A stretch of DNA of 64,000 bases from Desulfosoma sp. (GCA_037481835.1 JBBFKW010000002.1:160001-224000); one strand, 5' to 3'. Counted from the first letter of the stretch, positions 1 to 9,396 are shown. Numbers and translations: made by a program. The notes: a model not told the origin generated them from the sequence alone.

Positions 1-37
1 CATCCCATGCCGTTCGCGAAGCATCGCGGCTTTTGGC

Positions 38-66
38 TTGACAGGGATCGTGGCCTTGGGTAAGGA
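38..66 (+). promoter_or_regulatory. Putative sigma70 promoter for the leader/paaK operon
   Basis: TTGACA at 38-43, 17-nt spacer, TAAGGA at 61-66 (weak -10). Confidence 0.5.
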
Positions 67-132
67 ACCGTTCTGAACACAGGATACGGCCACGATCCGG
101 GAATTGGAGCTCACTCAAAAAGCGGCGCGGCG

Positions 133-219
133 ATGATGACGCGGTTCTTTCGTTTCTACTTTATCGGCGAAAAGGGGGGCTTCTTTTTTAGGAAGTCTAC
201 CCATGGCCGAGCGGGGTAG
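133..219 (+). CDS. Phe-rich attenuator leader peptide, 28 aa: MMTRFFRFYFIGEKGGFFFRKSTHGRAG
   Basis: Translated by hand from ATG133 to TAG217-219; 7 Phe and 1 Tyr in two clusters; overlaps the antiterminator arm. No strong SD visible. Confidence 0.8.
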   Translation: MMTRFFRFYFIGEKGGFFFRKSTHGRAG

Positions 220-276
220 GCGAAAGGAGCCGGTCGCACAGCCCCGCTCAAGCGGGATAACCAGCCATGGGTAGAC
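195..276 (+). promoter_or_regulatory. Antiterminator hairpin of the attenuator
   Basis: gtctacccatggc (195-207) is the exact reverse complement of gccatgggtagac (264-276); gagcgggg (209-216) pairs with ccccgctc (242-249). Confidence 0.8.
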
Positions 277-305
277 GAGATCGGAACCCATGGCTTTTCG
301 TTTTT
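263..305 (+). terminator. Attenuator terminator 1
   Basis: 10-bp stem agccatgggt (263-272)/acccatggct (286-295) followed by tttcgttttt. Confidence 0.8.
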
Positions 306-346
306 AGAGGCCGTGGGTTCGTGGAACCGACGGCCTTTGCGTTTTT
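306..346 (+). terminator. Attenuator terminator 2
   Basis: Stem aggccgt-g-ggttc (308-320)/gaacc-g-acggcct (324-336), 3-nt loop, followed by ttgcgttttt. Confidence 0.75.
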
Positions 347-400
347 GGCGGACACACTCCCCCAAACTACGGCTCCCTCACACAAAGGAGGAACGATGCG

Positions 401-1702
401 ATGATCTACGACATGGAATATGAAACCCTACCCCGCGAGGCCCTGGAGGCCATTCAACTCAGAAGACTCCAGAACACGCTCCAACGCGTCTATGCCACGG
501 TTCCCTTTTACAGGAAACGGTTCGACGAAGTGGGGTTCAAACCCTCGGAACTGAAATCCCTTGACGATTTGCGGCGCGTGCCGTTCACCACCAAGCAGGA
601 TCTTCGGGACAACTACCCTTTCGGGCTTTTTGCCGTGCCCATGGAAAACGTGGTCCGCATTCACGCCTCGTCGGGTACCACCGGTAAACCCACGGTGGTT
701 GGCTACACGGCCCGGGACATCGAGACCTGGGCGACTCTCATGGCCCGGTCCCTTTCCGCCGCCGGAGCCACTCGAGGCGACATCATCCATAACGCCTACG
801 GGTACGGTTTGTTCACGGGGGGGTTGGGCGTCCACTACGGTGCGGAAAAGCTGGGCGCCTCGGTCATTCCCATCTCCGGGGGAAACACCAAGCGGCAGAT
901 CATGATCATGAAGGATTTCGGCGCCACGATCCTCACCTGCACACCGTCCTACGCCCTGCACTTGGCGGAAGTTGCCCAGGAGATGGGGGTGGAGTTCAAG
1001 GACCTGAAATTTAAGGCGGGTCTTTTTGGAGCCGAGCCTTGGTCCGAGAGGATGCGGGAGGAGATCGAAAGGAAGCTTCATTTGGACGCCGTGGACATTT
1101 ACGGGCTGAGTGAAGTCATCGGGCCCGGCGTTGCGGTGGAGTGCCTGGAAGCCAAAGCGGGACTCCATATCTTCGAAGATCATTTCATTGCCGAAATCAT
1201 CGATCCGGCAACGGGAGAAGTTTTGCCTCCGGGATCCGTGGGCGAACTCGTCTTCACCTCCATCACCAAGGAAGCCTTTCCCGTCATCCGTTACCGCACG
1301 CGGGACATCACGAGCCTGAACCCCGAACCGTGCGTGTGCGGCCGGACCTTCGTGCGCATGAACCGCGTGAGCGGCCGAAGCGACGACATGCTCATCATCC
1401 GGGGCGTCAACGTGTTCCCGTCCCAGATCGAAAGCGTTCTCATGGAGATTCAAGGGGTCGAGCCCCACTACCAGCTCATCGTGGACCGGGAAGGGAACCT
1501 GGATATGCTCACGGTCCTTGTGGAAGTCGGGGAATCGGCCTTTTCCGACAAGGTGAAGACCCTCCAAGACCTTGAAAAGGTGATCACCAAGAACATCAAG
1601 GAATACCTTGGAATTTCGGCCAAGGTGAAACTGGTGGAACCCAAGACGATCGCCCGCAGCGAAGGCAAAGCGGTTCGGGTGATCGATAACAGAAAACTTT
1701 AA
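401..1702 (+). CDS. paaK: Phenylacetate-CoA ligase
   Basis: [11 protein letters not shown]-loop, DIYGLSE, RYRTRD and C-terminal SEGKAVRV motifs; SD aaggagg upstream. Confidence 0.92.
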   Translation: MIYDMEYETLPREALEAIQLRRLQNTLQRVYATVPFYRKRFDEVGFKPSELKSLDDLRRVPFTTKQDLRDNYPFGLFAVPMENVVRIHASSGTTGKPTVVGYTARDIETWATLMARSLSAAGATRGDIIHNAYGYGLFTGGLGVHYGAEKLGASVIPISGGNTKRQIMIMKDFGATILTCTPSYALHLAEVAQEMGVEFKDLKFKAGLFGAEPWSERMREEIERKLHLDAVDIYGLSEVIGPGVAVECLEAKAGLHIFEDHFIAEIIDPATGEVLPPGSVGELVFTSITKEAFPVIRYRTRDITSLNPEPCVCGRTFVRMNRVSGRSDDMLIIRGVNVFPSQIESVLMEIQGVEPHYQLIVDREGNLDMLTVLVEVGESAFSDKVKTLQDLEKVITKNIKEYLGISAKVKLVEPKTIARSEGKAVRVIDNRKL

Positions 1703-1733
1703 CGCGGGCTTCGCACAAGAAAGGAGGCCGAGG

Positions 1734-2165
1734 ATGCGCGTGGAACAGATTTCGGTCTTTTTGGAAAACAAGGCGGGACGTCTCGCCGAAGTGACCCGGG
1801 TCTTGTCGGAAGCGGGGGTGAACATCCGAGCCTTGTCCCTTGCCGACACGTCGGATTTCGGGATTCTACGCCTCATCGTCAACGATAACGAAAAGGCCAA
1901 GGAGGCCCTCAAGGCCAACGGCTTTACAGTCGGAAAGACCGACGTCGTGGCGGTGGAAGTGGAAGACCGCCCCGGGGGGCTCCACAAGATTCTGGACATC
2001 CTCCGAAAGGCCGGCATCAACGTGGAGTACATGTACGCCTTCGTGCAGCAGAGCGGGAACAACGCCGTGATCATCTTCCGATTCGACAACTTGGACGAGG
2101 CGGTCCGCGTTCTTACGGAAAACGGCGTGACGGTCATCAACGGAAGCCGGGTTTACAGCATGTAG
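1734..2165 (+). CDS. Tandem ACT-domain amino-acid-binding protein
   Basis: [13 protein letters not shown] and [12 protein letters not shown] signatures; typical partner of paaK; SD aggagg. Confidence 0.9.
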   Translation: MRVEQISVFLENKAGRLAEVTRVLSEAGVNIRALSLADTSDFGILRLIVNDNEKAKEALKANGFTVGKTDVVAVEVEDRPGGLHKILDILRKAGINVEYMYAFVQQSGNNAVIIFRFDNLDEAVRVLTENGVTVINGSRVYSM

Positions 2166-2257
2166 CGGGTGGCTCCGGCGGGCCGGATGCCGCTCGGTCA
2201 CGGCACCGGGGCGGCCCGCCGGATGGATGAACATGGACCAAGACAGGAGGAAGGGCG

Positions 2258-3418
2258 ATGGAAAGAAGGGCAAGACCGTGGATCTTCTGGATGGCGGCCG
2301 TGGCGGCGGTTCTGGGACTTGTGGTCGGGCCGAAGGCGGCTTTCAGCGCCGAGCCTTACAAGATCGGAGGCGTTTTTTCCATCACCGGCTCTTCCTCTTT
2401 TCTCGGGGATCCCGAGAAGAAAAGCCTGGAGATGGCCGTCGATGAGATCAACGCCCAGGGGGGGATCGACGGCCGGCCGTTGGAGGCCGTCGTCTACGAC
2501 ACGGAAGGGGATCCCACGAAAGCCGTGCTGGCGGTCAACAAGCTGATCAGCAAGGATAACGTCGTGGCCATTATCGGGCCCAGCCTGACCCCCACGACCT
2601 TGGCGGTCATGCCCATTGTGGAGCGGGTCCAGATGCCGCTCATCAGCTGTGCGGCCGGGATCCAAATCGTGGAACCCGTCAAGCCCTACGTTTTCAAGAC
2701 GGCCCAGAGCGACGTCCTGGCTGTGGCCGCCATCTACAAGCACATGCAGAAGCACGGCATCAAGAAAATCGGGATTCTCACGGTGACCAACGCCTTCGGG
2801 GTGAGCGGTCGGGATCAGCTGGTCAAGCAGGCCCCGGATTACGGCATTCAGATCGTCAAGGAAGAGGCCTACGGGGCCGGCGACACGGACATGACGGCGC
2901 AATTGACGAAGATCAAAGGGGAAAATCCCGATGCCGTCGTGTGCTGGGGGACCAATCCGGGGCCGGCCGTGGTGGCCAAGAACATGCGCCAGTTGGGCTT
3001 TAACGCACCCCTGTACCAAAGCCACGGGGTCGCCTCGCCCAAGTTCATCGAACTGGCGGGGGAAGCGGCTGAAGGCATTCGGCTTCCCACGGGAAAGATT
3101 CTCGTGGCGGACCTTTTGCCCGACATGGACCCCCAGAAGGCCGTCCTGAAAAAATACATTGTCGACTTTAACCAGCGCTACGGCGGCGGGGTTTCGGGCT
3201 TCGGCGGTTACGCCTACGACGCCATGCACATCCTTGCCAAGGCGCTCAAGGGAACCGGCGGCGATAAGGCCAAGATTCGGGACAACCTGGAAAAGATCGC
3301 CAACCATGTGGGTATCAGCGGAATTTTCACCATGACGGCCAAGGACCACAACGGTTTGGGGCCCGAGGCTTTCGTCATGGTGGAAATCCGAAACGGCACG
3401 TGGAAACTGCTGGACTAG
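2258..3418 (+). CDS. Liv-type ABC transporter substrate-binding protein
   Basis: Signal peptide; EINAQGGIDGRPLE..YD and IIGP motifs of periplasmic binding protein type 1. Confidence 0.9.
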   Translation: MERRARPWIFWMAAVAAVLGLVVGPKAAFSAEPYKIGGVFSITGSSSFLGDPEKKSLEMAVDEINAQGGIDGRPLEAVVYDTEGDPTKAVLAVNKLISKDNVVAIIGPSLTPTTLAVMPIVERVQMPLISCAAGIQIVEPVKPYVFKTAQSDVLAVAAIYKHMQKHGIKKIGILTVTNAFGVSGRDQLVKQAPDYGIQIVKEEAYGAGDTDMTAQLTKIKGENPDAVVCWGTNPGPAVVAKNMRQLGFNAPLYQSHGVASPKFIELAGEAAEGIRLPTGKILVADLLPDMDPQKAVLKKYIVDFNQRYGGGVSGFGGYAYDAMHILAKALKGTGGDKAKIRDNLEKIANHVGISGIFTMTAKDHNGLGPEAFVMVEIRNGTWKLLD

Positions 3419-3436
3419 AGGGGATAGGCCGTCTTC

Positions 3437-4315
3437 ATGAGCGAATTCCTGCAGTTTCTCCTCACGGGGATCACCACCGGGGCGATCTACGGCCTGATCG
3501 CCCTGGGGTTCAACGTGCTCTACAACGCCACGGATTTGATCAACTTCGCCCAGGGCGAATTCGTCATGCTGGGCGGCCTGTGCTTCTATTCGCTGGGGTC
3601 GGCTCTTGGATGGCCTGCGGCCGCGGCTTTCGCCGCCGCCGTCTGCATCGTCTCCCTGTTGGGGCTGCTGCTGGAAAGGGTGGCGCTGCGCCCGGTCAAG
3701 AAACCGGAACCTCTCACCCTCATCATCATCACCGTGGGAGCGAGCATTTTCCTTCGGGGTGTGGCCATGCGGCTGTGGGGCAAGGACCCGTACAGCGTCC
3801 CGGGGCTCACGGCGTCCGTGGAGCCCGTTCGGATCTGGGGCGCGGCGCTCATGCCCCAGAGCTTGTGGATCGTGGGCATCGTTGTCGCTTTCATGACGGG
3901 TTTGCACCTTTTCGGCAAACGCACCTTGACCGGCAAGGCCATGGAGGCCTGTGCCATTCACCGCAACGCCGCCTGGATCCTGGGCATTCCCAGCGATCGC
4001 ATGGTGCTTTTGGCCTTCGCCTTGAGCGCCGGGCTGGGGGCTGTGGGGGGGGTGATCATCGCCCCCATTACCATGTGCAGCTACGATATGGGCACCATGC
4101 TGGGCCTGAAGGGCTTTTGCGCGGCCATGTTGGGAGGCTTGGGCAGCCACTGGGGGGCGGCGCTGGGCGGCGTGCTCCTCGGTGTGCTGGAATCCCTCGG
4201 GGTGGGCTATTTTTCCTCCGGCATCAAGGACGCCGTCGCCTTTCTCGTGCTCCTGGTGATCCTCATCGTGCGACCCGCCGGCCTTCTCGGGGCCTCTGCG
4301 GTGAAGCGTTTTTAG
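3437..4315 (+). CDS. livH: Liv-type ABC permease
   Basis: GAIYGLIALGF, INFAQGEF and GFCAAMLGGLG motifs. Confidence 0.9.
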   Translation: MSEFLQFLLTGITTGAIYGLIALGFNVLYNATDLINFAQGEFVMLGGLCFYSLGSALGWPAAAAFAAAVCIVSLLGLLLERVALRPVKKPEPLTLIIITVGASIFLRGVAMRLWGKDPYSVPGLTASVEPVRIWGAALMPQSLWIVGIVVAFMTGLHLFGKRTLTGKAMEACAIHRNAAWILGIPSDRMVLLAFALSAGLGAVGGVIIAPITMCSYDMGTMLGLKGFCAAMLGGLGSHWGAALGGVLLGVLESLGVGYFSSGIKDAVAFLVLLVILIVRPAGLLGASAVKRF

Positions 4316-4334
4316 GCGGGGGAAAGGAGGGGCG

Positions 4335-5291
4335 GTGGGTTCTCGACAGAGGCTGTACGGGACTGCGATTTTTTCCCTGGGAATGGCGGCGCTCGGCGTG
4401 GCGGTGTCCAACCCCTATGAACAGCAGTTGCTGACCATTATCGGCATCCACACCCTGTTGGCTCTGGGCCTGAACATGCTCATGGGCTATGCGGGCCAGA
4501 TTTCCCTGGGCCATGCCGCCTTTTTCGGCCTGGGCGCCTACGGCACGGGCATTCTCACCACCCACTTTCAATGGTCCCCGTGGGCGTCTTTGCCCGCCGT
4601 GCTCGTATTCGCCGCCCTCTCGGGCTACCTCATCGGCCGTCCCATCCTTCGCCTTTCGGGGTATTACCTGGCCATGGGGACCCTCGGCCTGGGCATCATC
4701 GTCCATGTCCTCTTTCGAGAATGGGACACGTTCACCGGCGGGGCTTCGGGCCTGGTGGGCATTCCTCCCCTGAGCGTGGGGCGACTGATCGTGGGGCTCG
4801 GGCGAAGCGGCTTCTTCGCGGTGTGGGCGACCGTGGTCCTGTTTTTCGTCCTCTGCGGCCGAGTGGTGGATTCGCGCATCGGCCGCGCCCTGCGCGCCTT
4901 GGGGGACAGCCAGGGCGCTGCGGCCGCTTCCGGCATCCATACCGCCCATCTCAAGGCGGCCATTTTTTCCTTCAGCGCCGTCATGGCGGCACTGGCCGGG
5001 TACCTCTACGCCCATCTTCTGGGATTTATCAGCCCCAGTTCTTTCGATTTTCTCATGTCCATCCGCATGGTCACCATGGTGGTCATCGGCGGTATGGCCA
5101 GCATTTGGGGTTCCCTTCTCGGCGCCTCGGTCATCACTCTCCTCCCCGAATGGCTCCACGTATTTTCCGATTACGAAATGATGGTCTACGGATTGATCCT
5201 CATGGGAGTCATGATTTTTCTGCCCCAGGGGCTCACGCGAGGGGTCCTGGATGCCCTCCAGCGCGCCCGGGCGCGAACGGCTTCTTCGTAG
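4335..5291 (+). CDS. livM: Liv-type ABC permease
   Basis: GYAGQISLGHAAFFGLGAY and LRLSGYYLAMGT motifs; GTG start after aaggagg. Confidence 0.9.
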   Translation: MGSRQRLYGTAIFSLGMAALGVAVSNPYEQQLLTIIGIHTLLALGLNMLMGYAGQISLGHAAFFGLGAYGTGILTTHFQWSPWASLPAVLVFAALSGYLIGRPILRLSGYYLAMGTLGLGIIVHVLFREWDTFTGGASGLVGIPPLSVGRLIVGLGRSGFFAVWATVVLFFVLCGRVVDSRIGRALRALGDSQGAAAASGIHTAHLKAAIFSFSAVMAALAGYLYAHLLGFISPSSFDFLMSIRMVTMVVIGGMASIWGSLLGASVITLLPEWLHVFSDYEMMVYGLILMGVMIFLPQGLTRGVLDALQRARARTASS

Positions 5292-5318
5292 AAGCGAAGG
5301 GGGAAGGAGACAAGGTTT

Positions 5319-6092
5319 TTGAGCGGCCTCAACCCATTTCTGACCATCGACGGCGTCTCCAAGGCCTTCGGGGGCATCCAAGCCCTCTATCAGGTCTCCT
5401 TCGCAGTGCAGGCGCGGCACATCCATGCCCTGATCGGCCCCAACGGGGCGGGAAAGACGACTCTTTTCAACGTGATCTCAGGGGCCTTCGCGCCCGATGA
5501 GGGTTCCATCCGGCTGGACGGCAAAGACATTCAGGGGCGTCCCATGCATGAGCTCGTGCGGCGAGGCATCGCGCGCACCTTCCAGAACGTGGAGCTTTTC
5601 GGGAGCATGAGCGTTTTGGAAAACGTTCTTGTGGGATGCCACACTCGCACACGTTGTGGGCTCATCGGGGCCATGGTGCGATGGCCGTGGGTTTCCCGCG
5701 AGGAACGCTGGGCTCGAGAACGCGCCATGGAACTCCTAAACATGGTGGGCCTTGCAGACTCGGCCATGAAAAGAGCCGTGGACCTTCCCTTCGGGTGGCA
5801 GCGCCTTGTGGAAATCGCCCGGGCCTTGGCCGGCGATCCCAAGCTCTTGCTTCTGGACGAGCCCGCTGCGGGACTCAATGCCGTGGAAACCGAAAGGCTG
5901 TCCCGGCTCATTCAAGAGATTCAAGCCCTTGGCGTTACGGTCCTCCTGGTCGAACACGACATGAACCTCACCATGGACATTTCCGACCGCATCGTGGTCC
6001 TGGACCGCGGCCGAAAGCTTGCGGAAGGAACGCCTCGGGAAATCCAATCCAGCGACGCGGTCATGGAAGCCTACTTGGGAAAGAAACACTGA
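5319..6092 (+). CDS. livG: Liv-type ABC ATPase
   Basis: GPNGAGKTT, IARTFQN, LLLLDEPAAG and VEHDM motifs; TTG start. Confidence 0.9.
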   Translation: MSGLNPFLTIDGVSKAFGGIQALYQVSFAVQARHIHALIGPNGAGKTTLFNVISGAFAPDEGSIRLDGKDIQGRPMHELVRRGIARTFQNVELFGSMSVLENVLVGCHTRTRCGLIGAMVRWPWVSREERWARERAMELLNMVGLADSAMKRAVDLPFGWQRLVEIARALAGDPKLLLLDEPAAGLNAVETERLSRLIQEIQALGVTVLLVEHDMNLTMDISDRIVVLDRGRKLAEGTPREIQSSDAVMEAYLGKKH

Positions 6093-6114
6093 GAGGGGAG
6101 GGGTCCGCCGACCC

Positions 6115-6861
6115 ATGCTGATCGTTCGCAATCTTCGGGCTGGCTACGGCCGCATCGAGGCGCTCCACGGGGTGAGTCTTTCCGTGAGGCACGGGGAAAT
6201 CGTGGCCATCGTGGGGGCCAACGGGGCGGGAAAGAGCACCCTGTTGCGGGCCGTTGCGGGGTTGATCGTGCCGTGGCAGGGAGAGGTTCTCTTTGAGGAG
6301 CGGTCCCTTGCGGGGACGAAACCGCCGGCGATCGTCGCCGCGGGAATCGGCTTGGTCCCGGAAGGGCGCTGGTTGTTCCCCCCCATGAGCGTCCTGGACA
6401 ATCTCCGCCTGGGGGCTTACTTGAGGCTGCGCCGCGGCGAAAAAGAGGCCGTGCGGGAGGACTTGGAGCGCGTCTTTGAGCTCTTTCCCATTCTCGCCGA
6501 ACGCCGAAAACAGCCGGCGGGGTCCCTTTCCGGCGGCGAGCAGCAGATGCTGGCCATTGCCCGAGCCCTTATGAGCCGCCCCAAGATGCTTCTGCTCGAC
6601 GAACCGTCCACGGGCCTAGCCCCGCTCCTCGTGGAAAAGATCTTTGAAACCATCGTCCAGCTCAACGGGGAAGGGATCACCTTCCTCCTCGTAGAACAGA
6701 ACGCCCGGGCGGCTTTGGCCGTGGCGAGCCGCGGTTACGTCCTGGAAACCGGCCGGATGGTCCTCCAGGGAAAGGCGGGGGACCTCCTCGAGGATCAAGA
6801 AGTGAAGCGAGCCTACCTGGGTAAGGACTATCGTGAGTTTGCGGAAGGGAGGGCCCGATGA
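6115..6861 (+). CDS. livF: Liv-type ABC ATPase
   Basis: GANGAGKST, LSGGEQQM and VEQN motifs; start taken at ATG6115 (MLIVRNL). Confidence 0.9.
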   Translation: MLIVRNLRAGYGRIEALHGVSLSVRHGEIVAIVGANGAGKSTLLRAVAGLIVPWQGEVLFEERSLAGTKPPAIVAAGIGLVPEGRWLFPPMSVLDNLRLGAYLRLRRGEKEAVREDLERVFELFPILAERRKQPAGSLSGGEQQMLAIARALMSRPKMLLLDEPSTGLAPLLVEKIFETIVQLNGEGITFLLVEQNARAALAVASRGYVLETGRMVLQGKAGDLLEDQEVKRAYLGKDYREFAEGRAR

Positions 6862-8132
6862 GCGATGCAGGAAACGGCAACGGGGAATGGCTGCCGCCGG
6901 CGGAACGGCGCCAGCAACAGCTGGAGCGGCTCCAGATTGTGTGCAATCGCGCGTACAAGAACGTGCCGTTTTACCGGAATCGGTTTCAGGCGGCGGCCCT
7001 TTCCCCTCAGGACATCGGCAGCCTGGAAGACGTTCGGCGCCTGCCTTTTACGGAACGCCGCCACTTCGGCGAACATTACCCCTACGGGCTTTTTGCCGTG
7101 CCGTTACGGGACATCGTGCGCATCCACACGGCGCCGGGCATCGGCGGCAGTCTGGCGGTGAGCGGCTACACGGCCCGGGACCTGAAGATGTGGAAGGAGA
7201 TGGTTGCTCGAGCCCTGAGGGCGGCCGGGGTCTCAGTGGACGATATCCTCCAAATCGTCCTCCATCCCGGGTTGGCCAACTGGGGCCGGGATTACAAGGA
7301 CGGCGCCGAGGCGCTTCAGGCGGGCGTCATCCCCCTGAATGCCCTGCACCTGAGCAAACAGATCATGGTTCTGCGGGACTACAAGACCTCCGTGCTCATC
7401 ACCACGCCGACTTCGGCCGTCCAAATCCAGGAACTCTTGTTTTCCTCGGACATCAATCCCAACGAACTTTCTCTGAAGACCCTGATTCTCGTCGGGGAGC
7501 CGGCGTCACAGGAGCTGCGCCGCAGGATCGAGGAGCAGCTGCACGTGCGCACATGGCAGCATTACGGGTTGAGCGAGGTGCCCGGGCCGGCGGTGGCCTA
7601 TGAGTGCGAAGGGCACGATGGGCTTCATGTGTCCGAAGACCATTTCCTCGTGGAGGTGCTGGATCCGATAACCCTTGAGCCCGTACCCGAGGGAGAAAGC
7701 GGCGAATTGGTCCTCACGAGTCTCACCATCCAGGCATTCCCTCTCATTCGGTTCCGCACCGGAGACCGGGTGAGGGTCCTTGCCGAGGGCTGCCCGTGCG
7801 GGAGGACCCTGAGGCGGCTGGAGTGGCTTCCCGACCGGGTGGACGACCTCCTTGTCATTCAGGGGGTGAAGATTGACAAGGACCAGGTTGCCGTTCGAGT
7901 GGCCCAGACGCTCGGGTTTGCTCCCCGGAAGCTCTCGGTGCACCTTGTCCGGCAAGGCGGCTACAAGGCTCTGGAAGTGCAGTTGGGCATGGAAGAAAAC
8001 CTCTTCAGCGACGAGATCAAGGAATTGGAGCGGCTCGTTCGAAAGACGGCCTTCGAGCTCCGGCAGGAATTCGGCGTTCCGGTGGAAGTGCGCCTCCTGG
8101 AGGGCCCCAGCGTGGAGGCGGCTTTCCCATGA
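6858..8132 (+). CDS. Divergent phenylacetate-CoA ligase paralog, possibly catalytically inactive
   Basis: Colinear with 401..1702 (YPYGLFAVP, IVRIH, YGLSE, IRFRTGD), but the P-loop is replaced by TAPGIGGS and the C-terminal GKA is missing; ATGA overlap with livF. Confidence 0.8.
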   Translation: MSDAGNGNGEWLPPAERRQQQLERLQIVCNRAYKNVPFYRNRFQAAALSPQDIGSLEDVRRLPFTERRHFGEHYPYGLFAVPLRDIVRIHTAPGIGGSLAVSGYTARDLKMWKEMVARALRAAGVSVDDILQIVLHPGLANWGRDYKDGAEALQAGVIPLNALHLSKQIMVLRDYKTSVLITTPTSAVQIQELLFSSDINPNELSLKTLILVGEPASQELRRRIEEQLHVRTWQHYGLSEVPGPAVAYECEGHDGLHVSEDHFLVEVLDPITLEPVPEGESGELVLTSLTIQAFPLIRFRTGDRVRVLAEGCPCGRTLRRLEWLPDRVDDLLVIQGVKIDKDQVAVRVAQTLGFAPRKLSVHLVRQGGYKALEVQLGMEENLFSDEIKELERLVRKTAFELRQEFGVPVEVRLLEGPSVEAAFP

Positions 8133-8166
8133 TTTTCCTCGGTCGGGGTCAATCCCAGGGCCACTC

Positions 8167-8197
8167 GAAGGTTGGGGTGAGCGCAGCGAACCCCGAT
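8167..8197 (+). repeat. REP-like palindrome, copy 1
   Basis: gaag-gttggggtgagcgcagcgaaccccga; matches copies at 9463, 9527, 23753 and 25227. Confidence 0.75.
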
Positions 8198-8297
8198 ACC
8201 TGCACAAACAGCGCAGGACGAGCGCCCATGGAAGTTGGTGTCCCTATGCATGATCACAAAAGCCGGCATTTTTGCAAACCATGGAGGACAGCGGTCT

Positions 8298-9212
8298 ATG
8301 GATGTTTTGGTCGTAGGAACGGGCGCCATCGGCGGCTACTACGGAGGCCGGCTGGCTCAAGCTGGGGCGAGGGTCTCCGTGGTGGCCCGTTCGGACTACG
8401 AGGTCGTGGCTGAAGACGGGATTCGCATTGAAAGCCCGGCGGGCGATTTCCATTTTCGTCCCGATCGGGTGGTTCGAACCGCCGCGGCTTTCGGCGACTT
8501 TCCCGATGTGATTCTTGTGGGCCTGAAGGTTTTGGAAGAAATCCGCACGCCGGATCTGATTCGGGATGCCGTGGGGCCCAAGACCGCCGTCCTTCTCATC
8601 CAAAACGGGGTGGATATTGAACCTGCGGTGGCCGACGCCTTTCCCAACAATGAGATCCTGAGCGGGCTGGCGTTTATCTGCGTGCACCGCACGGCGCCGG
8701 GGAAAGTGCTGCACCAGGACTACGGCCGCCTGGTTCTCGGCCGGTACCCCGGCGGCCCCTCGGAGACAGCCCACAGGCTTGCCGAAATTTTTCGCCGGGC
8801 CGGGGTGCCGTGCGAAGTCACCGAAGACGTGGTCACGGCCCGATGGCAGAAACTGGTCTGGAACGCGCCCTTCAATCCCATGTCCGTGCTGTGCGGGGGG
8901 GCGAGCACCCAAGATATGCTCGCTCATGAAGAGACGACCCGCCTTGTGCGCGCGGTCATGGAAGAGGTGTGCGCCGTGGCGGCGGCGACGGGACATGCCC
9001 TTCCTCCGGACGTGGTGGATCGCATGATCTCCGACACGCGAAAGATGACCCCTTACAAGACAAGCATGCTCTTGGACTTCGAGGCGGGCCGCCCCATGGA
9101 AGTGGAAGCCATCGTGGGCAACGCCGTGCGCATCGCTCGGAGCCTTCACGTTCCGGTTCCCCACATGGAAACCCTGTATGCGCTTTTGAGCGGCTTGAAG
9201 GAACGGGCCTGA
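8298..9212 (+). CDS. panE: 2-dehydropantoate 2-reductase family
   Basis: VVGTGAIGG, IQNG, WQKLVWN, TSMLLD and MEVEAI motifs; start at ATG8298. Confidence 0.85.
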   Translation: MDVLVVGTGAIGGYYGGRLAQAGARVSVVARSDYEVVAEDGIRIESPAGDFHFRPDRVVRTAAAFGDFPDVILVGLKVLEEIRTPDLIRDAVGPKTAVLLIQNGVDIEPAVADAFPNNEILSGLAFICVHRTAPGKVLHQDYGRLVLGRYPGGPSETAHRLAEIFRRAGVPCEVTEDVVTARWQKLVWNAPFNPMSVLCGGASTQDMLAHEETTRLVRAVMEEVCAVAAATGHALPPDVVDRMISDTRKMTPYKTSMLLDFEAGRPMEVEAIVGNAVRIARSLHVPVPHMETLYALLSGLKERA

Positions 9213-9297
9213 GAAAGGAGGCGATGGGGGGCTTGGAGGTCGGTGAGGCCTCTTGTCCGCTGGACGGGTTGAAATGCAGGGTCCGATGGGAAAGAAA

Positions 9298-9396
9298 TGG
9301 CGGAAGTGCATGGGAATCGAACCCACCTGGGACGCCCCTCAGCGCCCCACACCGGATTTGAAGTCCGGGAGCCCCACCAGTGAGCTTGGCACTTCC
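9298..9396 (-). tRNA. selC: tRNA-Sec (anticodon UCA)
   Basis: 8-bp acceptor stem GGAAGTGC/GCACTTCC, discriminator G plus CCA, anticodon loop ctTCAaa, long variable arm, GTTCGATTC T-loop. Confidence 0.95.

Noticed and set aside
220..346. paaK leader as a T-box or metabolite riboswitch
   Set aside because: No T-box AAnnnnGGTGGnACC motif or recognisable aptamer; the Phe-rich uORF explains the structure better.
156..365. 69-aa minus-strand ORF over the leader
   Set aside because: Antisense to the attenuator, with no SD or domain signal.
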